A stretch of 64,000 nucleotides of DNA from the NCBI GenBank assembly GCA_030141605.1, contig JAQGDQ010000013.1, positions 262,447 to 326,446 on the forward strand, read 5' to 3'. The translations under genes were made by a program, and so were the position numbers. Every line of letters begins with the position of its first letter. Position 1 is the stretch's first letter. This document shows, in pieces, positions 61,501 through 64,000 of the stretch. This DNA is from Tubiluchus corallicola (lineage: Eukaryota; Animalia; Priapulida). The notes beneath the pieces are model-generated. The model did no database searches and was not told where the DNA came from. It worked only from the letters and a program-made list of their open reading frames with translations.

Positions 61501-62993
61501 AATGAATTTATATAACACAAAGCTTGGAATATGCAGTTGTGTTGTTTGTTAGTATTTAATACACTCACCAAAATGTCCAAAGTGTTTATATTGTTCTGCA
61601 GTATTTATGGGGTAGAGGCCACTACTAACAATTTTTTAATTGGGCTCTGCACTTCCTAGCACCGGCCCTATAAGCTTTTTAAATTGTACATAAAATACTT
61701 TTTGCATGTGGACAATGATTTGTACACTTACGCCAGTCATATTTTCTGTACGGCGGAACACCATATTATACATTACCACTACACATAAATTAAGTGGCCT
61801 TAGAATAACACTTATGCAAAAGTGACAGCTCAGTGGGCTATTGGTAAAGCACAGTTTCACTCACCATAATGCATAGGAGCCAATTTCGGTGGCACATATT
61901 TCTTCTCTTTGACTGCCTTCATTTCTTGCTCTTCTTCTCCTTCAGTTGCTGACTCACTTTCATCCAACTGAAAACGCCAAAAAGTGCTGGTATCAAAGTT
62001 AGCAAACTCTTATAATGGTATAAAAAGCATGCAAACTAAAAATGAAAAAGCATATATGTGATTGCCCAGATATTATATTGTGCTTTCACTTTTCAGATTA
62101 AAAAAACACAAACCAAAAAAGAAACAAAAAATAACTTTGAAGGAAAAGCCAAGTTTTCTGGGAAGTTAGGCTTGTTTCAATGTTCACAAAAAACTATTAG
62201 GAGGGTTTAGTAAAAAAAAGTGTGCTAAGGGCTTCGTGCAATTACATTCAAATCATGATCATTTCAAGCTTAGGCGCCTCCATTTTGAATGCCCATTTTT
62301 CCACCATTCAAGTTATTCGTCTGCTGAAGAAAAACAGCATACTGTCAATTTATAGAAACAGAACAGATTACCCAGTACAAGTATTTTTAATGCATCTAAC
62401 AGTGTCTTGATTCACTCAGCTCAATTTGTGAAAACTAGTCTTACTCTGAAACTACAGAATTTCCTCAAAGACCTTGATAATGCATAACACAAATGTTTTT
62501 GGAAAAATTTTGAAAAAAGCCATGTTTCAGGTCGGATACTAACTAGTGCAAAAAGGTGCGAGTCTCATATGAAATTTAACTAGCCGGCCTTGCCACTACG
62601 ATCATGGACCAGATAAAAGAAGTAATAGAGGCATGAAAGTATTTCTGTTATCCAACCTTCCAAAGTACAATGTAACAAGGTTTGATATTAATAACATAAA
62701 AAGCTGCCCACAACGTTTTGCGTTTTTCATCAAAAATGAACCATCAAGAAGAAACCACATTTTGGGACTTTTGATTTGCTGAATAAACAGAATGGTGATA
62801 AAACCACTAGAGTTTAAACTGTGAAAACTATTTGTACATTCACAGATGCTAAATGTCCAATTGTAATATAAAGTGGATACCCGCTGAAACATTTAAACAC
62901 AATAATCTTAAAAAATGAGAAGCATTTTTTAAAACAATACCTTGCTAATCAAATTGTCTGGATTTGGTTTAAAACGTAGTGGATCGTTCTCAT
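55572..62993 (-). CDS. NGDN: Neuroguidin (NGDN/Lcp5 family), 3' part; the 5' exons lie beyond the window
   Basis: Exons (minus strand): 62993-62941, 61967-61865, 60540-60416, 60180-60128, 58750-58702, 57482-57390, 55652-55572, frame-consistent. Motifs ENDPLRFKPNPDNLISK, KKYVPPKLAPMHY, AKKRALSSSIMQELKKQYYDGPEEI, YEEEFLTRLPVTKKEK and a basic C-terminal tail. Confidence 0.92.
56418..56735. mobile_element. TTAA-targeting MITE (Kolobok/T2-like), 318 bp
   Basis: TTAA-AGGGGGAATATC...GATATTCCCCCT-TTAA. The 12-bp TIR is perfect and extends imperfectly (aaaatcaagtt/aacttcatttt). TTAA target duplications at 56414-56417 and 56736-56739. Confidence 0.85.
61247..61670. mobile_element. hAT-like MITE, ~424 bp
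   Basis: Termini CAGGGCCGGC...ACCGGCCCTA, flanked by a degenerate 8-bp duplication taatctct/taagcttt (6 of 8 match). Confidence 0.6.
62135..62440. repeat. Interspersed repeat, copy B (homologous to ~31375-31630)
   Basis: Same colinear blocks as copy A, in the same orientation. Confidence 0.7.
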
Positions 62994-64000
62994 CTGAAAA
63001 GAAAAATGTGGTACTATATGATCGATTTTTGCTATGCACCACCATTCAAAATAATTACGTTAATTCAAATCTAAAACAATGTGAAATAAATGATACATAT
63101 GGACTACACAAATTAAAAAAGGTAATAAAACACATCTGTTCTAAAACTAGGAAACTGAAATTATGCATTGCTATGAGTTAGATATACATATGAATTTAAG
63201 TTTTACCAACATGAGTTTTTTTCTAAATTCTCTCAACAACAGAAGTGATTATCCAGGAATGGCATAAGCCAAAAAAGGAATGAGGCAAGTTAAATATTTG
63301 CTAAATATTCATTAATGCACAATAATTTTTATGCTAAACGAAAGAATGTACCTAGCTTATAACTCTTCTTTCTGACTGATGATGTTCTTGTTTAGCATAA
63401 AGTACATTACCAAAATAGTAAATGTGTCACCATTTACTAATGTATCACCCAATCAATAAAAGCCAGAGCAACTCTCATATTACAAGTGAGTAAAACCATA
63501 AATTTCAAAAAAATAGAAGCTGCTGGGTTTTGTCAGTTTAGTCGACACTAAACTATGACTAGGATAGTGTTTATTAATATGATCTTATTGAATTCCTCAC
63601 AAAAGCCATTTTTTATATGTAGAGTACCCCATAAGTCACTGTTCACTTTTAATTCTAATTTTCCTTTAAACTTTTCTGTAATCTCAGCAAGCTCTTACAA
63701 GAATCAAAAGGAGCCTTTGGCAATTCTTCTTATTTATTTTGTGACTGGAGCCCTGTTGCTGGCGATGATAGTAACATTAGAAATAAGGTGCAAAGACAGT
63801 CTGACATGAAGTTCTTGTAGAAATTCAGAGCACTATATGAAACACACTGTTAACAATGTAGTTTTTTCAATAAAGCACAACCCCTTCTCACCACTCATGA
63901 ACAACGAGAGACTTTTTCAATACATATGACCATTGGATTTGTCTCTATTGCTTTTGAGGTCCCTGAAGAAGGAAGGGAAAATAGCAAAATCTAAAAATGT

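Noticed and set aside
63892-63962. Strong minus-strand acceptor (ttttcccttccttcttcag) and a donor suggesting another NGDN exon
   Set aside because: All three frames contain stops and there is no NGDN similarity. At most a non-coding or poison exon.

Overview
AT-rich, intron-rich animal genomic DNA. An IR25a-type receptor points to a protostome invertebrate. I reconstructed four spliced genes by hand from GT-AG sites and reading-frame continuity: ENTR1/SDCCAG3 (+, 1210-8865), MARCHF6/Doa10 (-, 12587-39608), WDR88-like (+, 43229-55445) and the 3' part of NGDN/neuroguidin (-, 55572 to beyond 62993). Two long genes with intronless ORFs, probably retrogenes, are nested in introns. (1) A divergent 900-aa IR25a-like ionotropic co-receptor lies antisense in MARCHF6 intron 17, with a consensus RFX X-box 167 bp upstream. 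(2) A peroxisomal MFE-2/HSD17B4 (no SCP2 domain, C-terminal AKL) lies sense in the last WDR88 intron, behind an acceptor that is in frame with the WDR88 donor. It could therefore act as an alternative last exon and give a WD40-MFE2 fusion. The rest is introns and UTRs with decayed LINE fragments, several MITE families (pogo/Tigger-, Kolobok- and hAT-like), a foldback element, tRNA-derived remnants, small tandem duplications and microsatellites. All family assignments come from recalled motifs, not database searches.
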